A stretch of DNA of 64,000 nt from Candidatus Poribacteria bacterium (GTDB taxonomy: Bacteria > Poribacteria > WGA-4E > WGA-3G): contig CAXXUA010000005.1 of the NCBI GenBank assembly GCA_963663765.2, forward strand, positions 576,001 through 640,000. Reading direction: 5' to 3'. The notes under the pieces are model-generated. The model did no database searches and was not told where the DNA came from. It was given only the letters and a program-made list of their open reading frames with translations. The stretch's first letter is position 1; every line of letters begins with the position of its first letter. Positions 29,694 through 39,820 of this stretch are shown piece by piece. The position numbers and the translations under genes were made by a program.

Positions 29694-29865
29694 TTATAGT
29701 GAAATATACAATTAAGTTTACACGTTTTCTGTAGGCGGGGAATGCCAATAGGCATTCATACCGTTGATTTCGATCTCCGAATCGCGACTAAACGCCTTGA
29801 TAGTCGGGAATCGGAGTTCCCTCCTACACCTGAAAGTGTAAAAATAATTCTACAATCCACTATAA
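29694..29865. mobile_element. MITE family G with REPIN; inverted partial copy at 63890-64000
   Basis: TTATAGTG...CCACTATAA; internal GTCGGGAATCGGAGTTCCCTCCTAC. Confidence 0.75.
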
Positions 29866-29890
29866 CCACTGATTGTTTGAATTTACGCGA

Positions 29891-29927
29891 GTGATGCAGC
29901 AAGCACAGATGGCTTGCTGCATCACTT
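29891..29927. terminator. Strong hairpin downstream of the DUF4252 operon
   Basis: GTGATGCAGCAAGC...GCTTGCTGCATCAC. Confidence 0.55.
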
Positions 29928-30017
29928 GGTGGGAGATAGATCCGAGTCCTTATCTGTCAAGATCTTAGTGATATTATAGAGACATAGACAACTAACATAT
30001 TTGCATATATGATAGAT

Positions 30018-31232
30018 TTATTGTGGTAACACTTTCAACCAATTTCCATCGTTGGTGTATTGTTTCTCAACACGGACATTTGACCACCAAGAGTGTTCAC
30101 CTGTCCGTTGGTGTTTCCTGCTGAAGTTAATTCCCATCTGGACCGGTTTGGTAGTTTTAGGATGACCCAACATATTCCATGGGATTTCCATCTCAACGAT
30201 CCATCCATCATCAACGATCTTGGCTGAAGCTTTCCAACGGTCAACCAATTCAGATGCATTCAAAGTCTTATCTGCAAATTGGACATATTTTTTTCCAAGT
30301 GGGTTTACCATGAATTTTGTACGCATTTTTGAATTATCTGTATACATTGTGTCAATGCTAAAACAAACTGAATCTTCTTTTTCAAAAGGCACTTGATCTT
30401 TCTTTTGACGAGATACTATTTTCTTCGGTTCTGAATCGTAGTTATACCATGCTAAATAGATTGCTTTATCGGTATATACCATTTTGACCGTGGTTTGATC
30501 TTTTACCTGTTCCTGAGTGCTTATATGTGTGAAATTGTCAGCTTGTGGTGCAGTCTTCCAGCATATATCATCAAGCTGCCCATCAATTTCAGGTGGGTTT
30601 TCGACTTTCGCTGCAATCAAGTCTTTTTTGGCAATGTTTCCAATCGGATTTCCCTCTACTTTTAATTCCAACGTATCAAATATATCTAACTCTTTCATAC
30701 CGATTTTCATTATGTCTTCAAGCAATTCACTAATTCGTTCTGACGCGAGTGATCCCACTATATTAACAAATATGACTTCCTCAGGTTTTTCAGGTATGAT
30801 GATAGCAAATACTCCGTAGGCTACATCCTGATCAATAAAAAGACTGATTTCAACAAATTCATCTGAATCTTTAACTTTGACAAGAACTTCCCACTTGTCT
30901 TTTTTTAGTCTCTCTTGGTAGTATTGAACAATCTCATCTTCATTAACATCACGTCGATCATAGGATCGGACAAAAATACCAGTAATCATTTTTGCTATTT
31001 CTGATTCTTCTGATGTAGTTTTCATGGATTTGGTTAACAGACTGATTAGTTTCTCTGTCAAATTTACTTCAATCTTCGCTTCGGGAGCATTTGGAAAATC
31101 AAAGTCAATAAGACCTTTTTGCTCTGTTTCATCAGGCAACTCTTTTTCTGCTACTGCCTGATCAATAGGTATAATCCACAACGTTAATAAGCAGGACATT
31201 AGCATCAGAGTAAAGTGTCTATGCAGTTTCAT
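30018..31232 (-). CDS. Secreted DUF4252-like domain + CBM9-like carbohydrate-binding domain protein
   Basis: KWEVLVKVKD, IFVNIVG (DUF4252-like); PEIDGQLDD..W, GWIVEMEIPW, MGINFSR (CBM9-like). Confidence 0.75.
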   Translation of the reverse strand: MKLHRHFTLMLMSCLLTLWIIPIDQAVAEKELPDETEQKGLIDFDFPNAPEAKIEVNLTEKLISLLTKSMKTTSEESEIAKMITGIFVRSYDRRDVNEDEIVQYYQERLKKDKWEVLVKVKDSDEFVEISLFIDQDVAYGVFAIIIPEKPEEVIFVNIVGSLASERISELLEDIMKIGMKELDIFDTLELKVEGNPIGNIAKKDLIAAKVENPPEIDGQLDDICWKTAPQADNFTHISTQEQVKDQTTVKMVYTDKAIYLAWYNYDSEPKKIVSRQKKDQVPFEKEDSVCFSIDTMYTDNSKMRTKFMVNPLGKKYVQFADKTLNASELVDRWKASAKIVDDGWIVEMEIPWNMLGHPKTTKPVQMGINFSRKHQRTGEHSWWSNVRVEKQYTNDGNWLKVLPQ

Positions 31233-31246
31233 GCTGTTTCTCCTTT

Positions 31247-31768
31247 TTATATATCTTCCATGAATTCTGGTGCGGATTCTATGATTTTTCCCATGAGAGT
31301 ACCCAGTTTTTCAAAATCAATCTTACCGTAAACATTTGCATAAGCAGTAAGATGTTGATCAGTGTATGAAATAAAAACTCCATTTACTATTCCGGGAGCA
31401 TCCGCGAAGAGAAGGCTGACACTGAATTTGTCCTTGATCTTGAGTAGATCCTCCCATTTTTCCATCTTGAGGACGTTTTTATAATGATCCGCCATATTAG
31501 TTGAGTTTATAGCCTTATTGTCATAAATACGGATAAAAACACCATCTATCATATCCGTATATTTAGCATACTCAACAATTGCAGTATTATTTTCATGAGA
31601 ACTGATAAGAAGGTTGAAAAATGTTTTGTTTAAGTTGAGTTCAAGAGTAGGTTTCGGAGTGTTTTGCAGGCTCATCTCTATTTTGCCACGTATTGTTTCA
31701 TTCCCAGCTATTCCGCTGCTAAAAATGCAGAATACTAAAGTTAGGGTGATAAGGTTAAGCCGTTTCAT
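31247..31768 (-). CDS. Secreted DUF4252-like protein
   Basis: Signal peptide; WEDLLKIKD, YANVYGKID motifs; lies in the ECF/anti-sigma operon. Confidence 0.7.
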   Translation of the reverse strand: MKRLNLITLTLVFCIFSSGIAGNETIRGKIEMSLQNTPKPTLELNLNKTFFNLLISSHENNTAIVEYAKYTDMIDGVFIRIYDNKAINSTNMADHYKNVLKMEKWEDLLKIKDKFSVSLLFADAPGIVNGVFISYTDQHLTAYANVYGKIDFEKLGTLMGKIIESAPEFMEDI

Positions 31769-32445
31769 TGTGTTTTATCTCCTTGTTTTGGTAAGTTAGG
31801 TTTATTAGAATAATTAGAATGACCATTGGTGTTAGTCATAATTGTATCTGAATTCAGAACATCACCAGTAAGACGATTTAGTATGCCTAAACTCATATTG
31901 ATTGCTGATGAAATTTTTGATGTCGATTGTATAGCACGACGTTGCACTTCATCTAACTTGATAGAATCGATTCTTTCGTTAACAGCAATACCAGTTTTTT
32001 GAACCGCATACTGCATTTGACTCATTGCATAGTTGAAATCGCTTTTTGCTTGTTCTATTTCAACATGCTTTTGATGTTGGTGAATACCAAATATCATCAT
32101 CGCTATAAGAGATGCAATTGCACTGACACGCAGAATCAGTAGACGCGGATTCTGCCAAACAAAAGTACTTACAAAACGATCAAGCCAATTATCGTTGTCA
32201 GGATTTTCCTGAACATAAGCTGTAATCTCTCGTAACACATCAGGTGGTGTCGTTGGTTTAGGAAGATCATCCAACACCGTATCAATTGCTTGTGCCAAAT
32301 GTAGTTCGTTTTGACACATTTCACATGTTGTAAGATGAGAGGCAATTGCGGATTCAGTGGCAGTATCCAATTCACCTGAGATGTATTCTTCAATTTGAGA
32401 TTGGTAGTCAATGCAAGTCATTTTGTGTGATGTATTTTGCGTCAT
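31765..32445 (-). CDS. Zinc-finger (zf-HC2) transmembrane anti-sigma factor
   Basis: YISGEL...HLTTCEMC, TM helix; starts 3 bp after the ECF gene. Confidence 0.88.
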   Translation of the reverse strand: MTQNTSHKMTCIDYQSQIEEYISGELDTATESAIASHLTTCEMCQNELHLAQAIDTVLDDLPKPTTPPDVLREITAYVQENPDNDNWLDRFVSTFVWQNPRLLILRVSAIASLIAMMIFGIHQHQKHVEIEQAKSDFNYAMSQMQYAVQKTGIAVNERIDSIKLDEVQRRAIQSTSKISSAINMSLGILNRLTGDVLNSDTIMTNTNGHSNYSNKPNLPKQGDKTQ

Positions 32446-32448
32446 CGG

Positions 32449-32976
32449 TTATGTCTCCATAAGACGGTGCAATATCTCCCGCAATTTCTTACGAGCACGG
32501 AATACTGTGGATTTAACACTGTTTACTGGTTGGTTCAAGACCTTTGCGATTTCTTTATAACTCATTTCTTCTAATTCACACATGACGATAATTGAACGCA
32601 TGTTCGGTGGTAATTCGTCAATTGCACGATGCACCAACTGCTTGAGTTCCTGTTTAATTGCTATCTCATCTGGCGATGGATTTGACTTGTATGAATGTGC
32701 ATGTAACAGGTCTTCAAGTGTCACACCATCATCCTCAGATAAATGCACCTGAAATTTTCGTTTTTTGAGTACGTTGAAACACAGATTTTGTGCAACTTTC
32801 AACAACCATGAATGTGCTGTTTTTCGCCTTATTTTATTGCGGTGTTGCCATGCTTTGATAAAAGTTTCTTGTGTCATATCCTTTGCGTCTTCACTGTTTT
32901 TGAGTAGGTAGAATGCATGCCGATAAACTTTATCTTGATGCATACGGACTATTTCAAGGAATTCTTTTTCATTCAT
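32449..32976 (-). CDS. ECF sigma-70 factor (stand-alone)
   Basis: DAKDMTQETFIKAW, SWLLKVA, SYKEIA, VKSTVFRARKKL motifs. Confidence 0.93.
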   Translation of the reverse strand: MNEKEFLEIVRMHQDKVYRHAFYLLKNSEDAKDMTQETFIKAWQHRNKIRRKTAHSWLLKVAQNLCFNVLKKRKFQVHLSEDDGVTLEDLLHAHSYKSNPSPDEIAIKQELKQLVHRAIDELPPNMRSIIVMCELEEMSYKEIAKVLNQPVNSVKSTVFRARKKLREILHRLMET

Positions 32977-33008
32977 AGAGCAACTCCGCGCGCATTGAAG
33001 TTAATGCT

Positions 33009-33036
33009 ACTACAAATAAGTTTCAAAAAAGTTGCA
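33009..33036 (-). promoter_or_regulatory. Putative ECF promoter TGCAAC-N16-TGTAGT
   Basis: Upstream of the ECF/anti-sigma operon. Confidence 0.5.
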
Positions 33037-33067
33037 TCTATTATTAGAAATGGTATTAGTTTAGTTT

Positions 33068-33602
33068 CAATACCTTCGCCAATAATAGACATTCTTCCAG
33101 ATTGTGCGGTCAGTTGTAGCACATTCTTCCGGATTGTGCGGTCAGTTGTAGCACATTCTTCCAGATTGTGCGGTCAGTTGTAGCACATTCTTCCAGATTG
33201 TGCGGTCAGTTGTAGCACATTCTTCCAGATTGTGCGGTCAGTTGTAGCACATTCTTCCAGATTGTGTGGTCAGTTGTAGCACATTCTGCCAGATTGTGCG
33301 GTCAGTTGTAGCACATTCTTCCAGATTGTGCGGTCAGTTGTAGCACATTCTTCCAGATTGTGCGGTCAGTTGTAGCACATTCTGCCAGATTGTGCGGTCA
33401 GTTGTAGCACATTCTGCCAGATTGTGCATATAAATTATTCTGTCAGATTCTATCGTCAAATTAGACACTATGATAATTAAAATACTTCAACGAAAACCTG
33501 AAGTTATTTTTATTTATGTAATCCTAACAATATCACAGAGCAATGGTAGATCAACACTATATACTCATTCAACTGAAGCACTCAAAAATGGCGAAGGTAT
33601 TG
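33068..33602. mobile_element. MITE with perfect 14-bp TIR CAATACCTTCGCCA and 8-bp target duplication TTTAGTTT
   Basis: TTTAGTTT-CAATACCTTCGCCA...TGGCGAAGGTATTG-TTTAGTTT. Confidence 0.9.
33089..33428. repeat. Tandem array of ten full and one partial 32-bp palindromic units
   Basis: Unit ACATTCT(T/G)CCAGATTGTGCGGTCAGTTGTAGC, with no spacers. Confidence 0.95.
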
Positions 33603-33938
33603 TTTAGTTTAAAAGGGGAAATTTATTGAAAACATATAATTTTCTATGTTAGCGTGTGTGATTTTTTGACAATTGAATGCTTCTAATTGAGCACTCTTTC
33701 CCTATCGTGGAATTTTTTAGTTGTTTTTTTCGTGTTTTTTGCATTTTTTTCAAAAGTGTTCTCGATCCTATCGTGGTTTGGGTTTCTGAAGGTTATTGAA
33801 ATTTACGAATTTTTAAAAAACAACTAAATGGGTTTTTTGTCGTTTTTTTATTGTGTATTTTTGTATCTGTTCTGGAGTTACCAGCTGCATTTGTGTTCTC
33901 TGATTTGTCTGTCATTTTGGTGCTTCATGTTTATATAA

Positions 33939-34702
33939 TACCATTTCAAAATGACAAATTAGCATAATAAACTGCAGGTCCAAATCAATGGTATGAATCA
34001 TGGGTAATGCCATGCGTGCATTCGCACAATGGCATTACCCGGGTAGAGTTTGCGAAACCGGACATGGGAAACTTCCATTTAATCATACATGTCGGGATTC
34101 GCAAACTCTACCCATAGGCGTCAATTTAAGGCAGCTAATCCTCGTACACATCGTAGGGGTAAGGTCGCCTCGCCCGTGTAAATGAACTTTCAATCGTGCG
34201 GGGAAACCCCGCCCTACAATAAAGGTGCCATCTAAAGGAATTAGAACATACAAGGTTTCACTTACACAAGAATAGAGAACTTCTTACTTAAATTGACAGC
34301 TATAACGAGTTGTGCTAAATAACTATATGTTAATCATTGTTTCACATAACCATGACGTTTTGCAGGTGTCCTTCATAGTTTGAAACGATCTTCAGTCCCG
34401 TAGGGACGATATGTGTGCATTATAAACCTAATATATGTAAAAACTTTGAAAACAATGGGTTAACTGGCACAAGTCGTAGCTATAGGGTATCGCTTTGCTC
34501 TACCCGACCTACGAAATAATACCATTTTCATGTGATAATGTCTCATTATCACATGAAAACTGGTAGGAGCGATCTCACTGTCGCGACCGGGAGGTCGCTC
34601 CTACCGAAGAGAGTAACCCCCTGCCAGTAAACAGTGGAATTCCTTAATGAGACAAGATTTATTTGAATTGGTATAATGTCACATCATCATTTAGAAATGG
34701 TA
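33939..34702. mobile_element. Nested MITE cluster: outer D-type element containing family H (34116-34302), C (34303-34478) and D (34520-34673)
   Basis: Outer TACCATTTCAAAATGA...TCATTTAGAAATGGTA. H: TAGGCGTCAATTTAAG. C has 4-bp duplication GCTA. D is the inverse of 14548-14701. Confidence 0.8.
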
Positions 34703-35050
34703 TAAGACTAAAAGTTTGGATTTTCTAACAGCGAATCTCATAAATGCTTTTTTATCCATAGTAACGAATTGTGTGTCCAGAATTTCAGGGTTAGAAACCC
34801 CTCCTACGATTTTTGAGATAAGTTGTAGTAATATTATACATCATGCGGTGTTAGGATAGTTTGTTTTTGTATTTAGTTATGGAGATTTCCAATAAGTTTA
34901 ATGTGTATTTGGAATTTTGGGACGGCATTTCTATACATATAATTTATACATGCCAAAAAAGAAAACCTTAATATCAAGTCATTAGGTTATAAAACCTATA
35001 CAACCGACATTAAGGTAATGATTTACTTTTTGTGAATTGGTGATGTTTAG

Positions 35051-36514
35051 TTATAACACAACATTTTGTGCGGGATTGATCAGTAGCGATGGCAAAATAC
35101 CGATAAGTAAAACACCAATTGCTGCAAGGACTAAGCCGATGACTAATGTAGAGGGATACGGATTGAAATCCAATTCTTCTTCCGGTTCACGCATATACAT
35201 CGTGACGACTACGCGGAGGTAGTAGAACGCTGAAATCGCAGTATTGACGGCACCAAAAATTACAAGCCAATTGTGTCCTGCACCGATTGCGGATTTGAAG
35301 ATATAGAACTTACCAACAAATCCTGCAGTGGGCGGAAAACCTGCCAAAGACAGCAGCATTAACGTTAAAAATCCACCAAGTAAAGGTTTTCGGAAACCGA
35401 GTCCTGTGTAATCGGAAATCATCAAACTTTCACCATCAGCAGTTCTCGCCAAGATTACCGCACCAAATGCGCCGATATTCATAACGCAATAAACAAGAAG
35501 ATATATCATTGCACTGGAGACACCTTCATTTCTAATTGCTTCCACTGTGCTACTGGCTGCTGCCAAGCCGATGAGAACGTAACCAGCGTGTGCAATACTT
35601 GAATAAGCAAGCATTCGTTTGATGTTTGTTTGTGCAATAGCAATGACGTTTCCAACCGTCATGGTCAGCATTGCGATTAGAATGATAACCCCACTCCATT
35701 CAGTGTTTAGGTTCGGTAATGCTTCTGTGAATATTCTGATAAAGGCTGCAAAACCTGCTGCTTTTGGACCTGCCGAGATGAAAGCAGCGATGGTCGTAGG
35801 TGCACCTTCATAAACATCAGGTGCCCATTGATGGAATGGTACTACTGCGACTTTAAAACCGAAGCCCACAACGAGTAGGAATATACCTGCTAAGAGAAGG
35901 GGTGATTGACTCTCAGTGGTGAGTTTTTCGGCAATTCCTGGAATACTTGTAGTGCCTGTGGCACCGTAAATTAGAGCGATTCCGTAAAGGAAAAATGCAC
36001 TTGCGAACGCACCGAGTAACAGATACTTCATACCCGCTTCGCTTGATGCTGGACTATCTCGGAAATAACCTGCTAACACATACAACGATAGCGACATCAG
36101 TTCTAAACCGAGGAAAACGATAATCAACTCATTCCCGGCAGCCATCAACATCATGCCAAGTGTTGCTAACAGGATAAGTAGGTAGTAGGGTCCCTGTTTT
36201 TTGTCGTCTCTCCCTAAATAACTGATTGAGAATAACGCAACCAAAATGGTTGAAACGAGAAAAATGATATTGAAAAAGAGGGAAAAACTATCAATCCTGA
36301 ACATATCGTTGAATTGGGTTATATCAGTACCTGCATTTAGTAGATTTATTGATGACCATAGGGCAATCCCCGACCCAACGATTGTCATCCATGCATGCAT
36401 CTTTTTGGATATTGAATCAAACATGTCAAAAACAAGCACAAGAAACAACGTTGTCACTATGACAAGTTGTGGCATCAATAATGACCAATCTATATCAGGC
36501 ATCTCAACTGGCAT
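35051..36514 (-). CDS. nuoN: NADH-quinone oxidoreductase subunit N
   Basis: LGLELMSL, EAGMKY, FKVAVVPFHQWAPDVYEG, KRMLAYSSIAH motifs. Confidence 0.95.
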   Translation of the reverse strand: MPVEMPDIDWSLLMPQLVIVTTLFLVLVFDMFDSISKKMHAWMTIVGSGIALWSSINLLNAGTDITQFNDMFRIDSFSLFFNIIFLVSTILVALFSISYLGRDDKKQGPYYLLILLATLGMMLMAAGNELIIVFLGLELMSLSLYVLAGYFRDSPASSEAGMKYLLLGAFASAFFLYGIALIYGATGTTSIPGIAEKLTTESQSPLLLAGIFLLVVGFGFKVAVVPFHQWAPDVYEGAPTTIAAFISAGPKAAGFAAFIRIFTEALPNLNTEWSGVIILIAMLTMTVGNVIAIAQTNIKRMLAYSSIAHAGYVLIGLAAASSTVEAIRNEGVSSAMIYLLVYCVMNIGAFGAVILARTADGESLMISDYTGLGFRKPLLGGFLTLMLLSLAGFPPTAGFVGKFYIFKSAIGAGHNWLVIFGAVNTAISAFYYLRVVVTMYMREPEEELDFNPYPSTLVIGLVLAAIGVLLIGILPSLLINPAQNVVL

Positions 36515-36587
36515 TCAAAACCTCCATTTTCAAACTCAGTAATTCTCTTTAAATTGAACTTAGAACTATAGATAGAACTCCTATTTC

Positions 36588-38075
36588 CTATCTCAAAAAC
36601 ACAAAGGTCACAACAACAAAAAGCGGTACTAAAATCACTATGGACCATAACATATATCCGAAGAAACTTGGCATACGAATTCCGCTCTGTTCAGCAATCG
36701 CTTTGACCATGAAATTTGGTGCGTTGCCGATATAGGTATTTGCCCCCATAAAAACTGCGCCGACTGATATTGCTGTTAGCAGTCTAATAAACTCAAGATG
36801 ATGTGGTTCAGTTAATTGTCCAGTCAATATCATTGGTACATCTGCTTCAGTAAGATGTAATTTTCCAAGTGCTGTATTGAAGAACGTCAAATAGGTCGGT
36901 GCGTTGTCTAAGAAACTGGATAAGATACCGGTAGTCCAGAAATAGTGAAATGGTTCTTGCATTGCACCAATTAATCCAGCTAAGGCACCTTTTTCTCCTG
37001 CTTTTAGAATTGCCAATGCTGGAATAATCGTCATAAAGATTCCGGCGAAAACTTTTGCGACTTCTTCAATTGGCTCCCATGAGAATTCGTTCGTTTTCCG
37101 TAATTCACCGCTAAAGGGTGTAAATAGGAGTGAAAATACCCCCATTGCGACAATCAATAATTCACGAGCGATATTCTGCCAATACACATGGACACCAAGG
37201 ATGTTTACTTCCCCCCATTTGAACTTTCCACTCATTAATACTGCACCGATGATACCGAGAAGGAAGACAAGGTTGAATAGTCCATCTACCCGGAGTGGTT
37301 CTTTTGCTCCATCATCGGGGACAACACCACCCTCACGTCTGAACATAAATGTGTCAACAACAAAGAAGAGGGCAATCAATATCACACTGATAAATAACAT
37401 GTGTGGGAAGAGTGCAGCAGTTGTCCAGAAAAATGGCACCCCGCGCAGGAAACCGAGGAATAGTGGTGGATCTCCTATAGGTGTTAATGAACCACCGATA
37501 TTACTCACAAGAATAATGAAAAAGACAATTAAGTGTACCTTGTTCTTCCTATATTCATTTGCACGAATTAAGGGACGAATCAGAAGCATGGATGCTCCAG
37601 TTGTTCCCACCCAAGACGCTATCACAGTACCGAACAACAACAACAAGGTATTGACGACTGGTGTACCTCGTAACGATCCGCGAACAAGGATACCCCCTGC
37701 AACAGTAAACAAACCCCATAACAGAATGATGAATGGGATATAATCTAAAAGGTAAATATGGAGAATATCGTAGAATGCTTCACCTTTGAAAACTGCAAGA
37801 TATGGAATTGCAAAAACTAACGCCCACACTAATGACATCTTCCCACCATGATGGACGAGAAAATGTGAATCGAATACAAGCGGCAGAATTGCAATTGATA
37901 ATAGGATACCAACAAATGGAATGATACTCCAGATAGGTAATTTGGATCCGTCTACACCGTGGTGTGCAGCTTCTCCATTCTGTGTTTCATCAGCTCCGAA
38001 ACTATCCAGAGATACGGATAGTGTAAGTCCTACAATGATAGTAAGTATAATACAACAAGCGAGTCTTGATTTCAC
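36588..38075 (-). CDS. Putative sodium:proton antiporter (IT superfamily)
   Basis: Multiple TM helices; GTTGASMLLIRP, SNIGGSLTPIGDPPL, LSSFLDNAPTY, GANTYIGNAPNFMVK motifs. Confidence 0.85.
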   Translation of the reverse strand: MKSRLACCIILTIIVGLTLSVSLDSFGADETQNGEAAHHGVDGSKLPIWSIIPFVGILLSIAILPLVFDSHFLVHHGGKMSLVWALVFAIPYLAVFKGEAFYDILHIYLLDYIPFIILLWGLFTVAGGILVRGSLRGTPVVNTLLLLFGTVIASWVGTTGASMLLIRPLIRANEYRKNKVHLIVFFIILVSNIGGSLTPIGDPPLFLGFLRGVPFFWTTAALFPHMLFISVILIALFFVVDTFMFRREGGVVPDDGAKEPLRVDGLFNLVFLLGIIGAVLMSGKFKWGEVNILGVHVYWQNIARELLIVAMGVFSLLFTPFSGELRKTNEFSWEPIEEVAKVFAGIFMTIIPALAILKAGEKGALAGLIGAMQEPFHYFWTTGILSSFLDNAPTYLTFFNTALGKLHLTEADVPMILTGQLTEPHHLEFIRLLTAISVGAVFMGANTYIGNAPNFMVKAIAEQSGIRMPSFFGYMLWSIVILVPLFVVVTFVFLR

Positions 38076-39691
38076 TATTTCGTCTCTGCCTCCTCATCTT
38101 CTATCATTTCCTCTTTTGTAGTTTCGACTTTCGGTATAGATGAGTGTCTTGTTTCATCATCAAGTATAACTTGTCCGACTTCAGGGTTTTCATTATTTGT
38201 ATCTTTTACCTTTACAACGATTGCATCCACAGACTTTTCCATTGGTTCCATAAATGTTTTTGGAAACACCCCGATCCAGACGATGAAAAGCAGTATAGGT
38301 ACAAGTACAGCGATTTCTCTTGGTTTCAGGTCAGGTAACGAAGCATTCTTTTCGTCCGGTGTACCGAACATAACACGTTGGAACATCCAGAGCATATAAA
38401 CTGCTGCCAAAATCACTCCCGTTGTTGCGAACACCACATACCATATAGGTATTGCACCACCGACAAAACTACCCAGTAGAATCATAAACTCACCGACAAA
38501 TCCGTTCAGACCTGGTAATCCAATGGATGACAGCGTGACAATCAAGAAGATGGTAGCGAAAACAGGCATATTCTTTGCTAACCCCCCGAAATCAACTATC
38601 ATTCGGCTATGTCTACGTTCATAGATCATACCGACCAATAGGAACAAAGCCCCTGTGCTTAGACCGTGATTGACCATCTGAATAACACTGCCCTGAATTC
38701 CAATTTGGTCCTGAGAAAAGAGTCCCAAAACAACAAAACCGAGATGACTCACACTGGAATATGCAACTAATTTCTTCAAATCCGGTTGCACCATTGCGAC
38801 TAATGCCCCATAGATGATACCAATTACTGCAAGTGGGACTATCCATGGTGTCGCGTTTGCTGCTGCTTCTGGGAAAAGTGGTAGGCAGAAGCGGACTATA
38901 CCATACGTACCCATCTTGAGCAGCACGCCTGCAAGGATGACACTGCCGACTGTGGGTGCTTCAACGTGTGCATCTGGTAGCCAAGTATGGAATGGAAAGA
39001 GTGGGACTTTAATTGCGAATGCAATAAAAAATGCAAGGAATAAGAGCATGGAATGGTCAAATTCAAATCCTTCAGCAGACGTTTGCGCGAGGAGTGTCGT
39101 GAGATCAAAACCATTATCCCCGTTTTGGAAGTATAGTGCCAAAATGCCGACTAACATGAGCGCACTGCCAGCCATAGTATAAAGTACGAACTTCACAGTA
39201 GCATATATTCGACGTTCTCCACCCCATATTCCGATGAGGAAATACATTGGGATTAACATTGCTTCCCAGAACACGAAGAACAGGAATAGGTCTAATGCAC
39301 AGAATACGCCTAACATGCCGGTTTCCAGAGCAAGTAGTGACATCATAAAACCGCTGAGACCTTTCTCTACGGAATTCCACGAGGCAAGGATACATATTGG
39401 CGTTAGGAAAGTTGTTAAAAGCACCAACCACAACGAAATACCATCAATGCCGATGTGGTAACTGATACCTAAACCTTCAATCCAATCCTGTTTCTGGTAG
39501 AGTTCTGAGTTTTCGGTTTGGAACCCGGCAGCATCCGATTCAAATTCTGTGTAAAGGCGTATTGAAATAATAAAGGTAAGTAGACCAATACCCAGTGCAA
39601 TCCATTTAACTGCGTTTGCTCCTAAACCTCTAAACAATGCAATTGCTATCACACCCAGTAGTGGTAAAAAGATAACTATTGAAAGTAACAA
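38075..39691 (-). CDS. nuoM: NADH-quinone oxidoreductase subunit M
   Basis: FWEAMLIPMY, PFHTWLPDAHVEAPT, LLKMGTYG motifs. Confidence 0.95.
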   Translation of the reverse strand: MLLSIVIFLPLLGVIAIALFRGLGANAVKWIALGIGLLTFIISIRLYTEFESDAAGFQTENSELYQKQDWIEGLGISYHIGIDGISLWLVLLTTFLTPICILASWNSVEKGLSGFMMSLLALETGMLGVFCALDLFLFFVFWEAMLIPMYFLIGIWGGERRIYATVKFVLYTMAGSALMLVGILALYFQNGDNGFDLTTLLAQTSAEGFEFDHSMLLFLAFFIAFAIKVPLFPFHTWLPDAHVEAPTVGSVILAGVLLKMGTYGIVRFCLPLFPEAAANATPWIVPLAVIGIIYGALVAMVQPDLKKLVAYSSVSHLGFVVLGLFSQDQIGIQGSVIQMVNHGLSTGALFLLVGMIYERRHSRMIVDFGGLAKNMPVFATIFLIVTLSSIGLPGLNGFVGEFMILLGSFVGGAIPIWYVVFATTGVILAAVYMLWMFQRVMFGTPDEKNASLPDLKPREIAVLVPILLFIVWIGVFPKTFMEPMEKSVDAIVVKVKDTNNENPEVGQVILDDETRHSSIPKVETTKEEMIEDEEAETK

Positions 39692-39820
39692 AAAGAACTC
39701 CTTAGATTTACGGTGCTACCTTAGCACCAAAAAAAGTCATTGCGAATATCTTATGTAAATTACAAAGTAACATGTCTGTTCCCTAAATACACATCCTTTT
39801 CAATAATTCTAAAACAAGGA

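Noticed and set aside
33089-33428. CRISPR array
   Set aside because: Units are contiguous with no unique spacers, there are no cas genes, and the array lies inside a TIR/TSD-bounded MITE.
33610-33935. T-rich tract as oriC or a small gene
   Set aside because: No DnaA-box cluster was seen. There is only a ~48-codon low-complexity ORF and a 10-bp direct repeat (CCTATCGTGG), which is not enough support.
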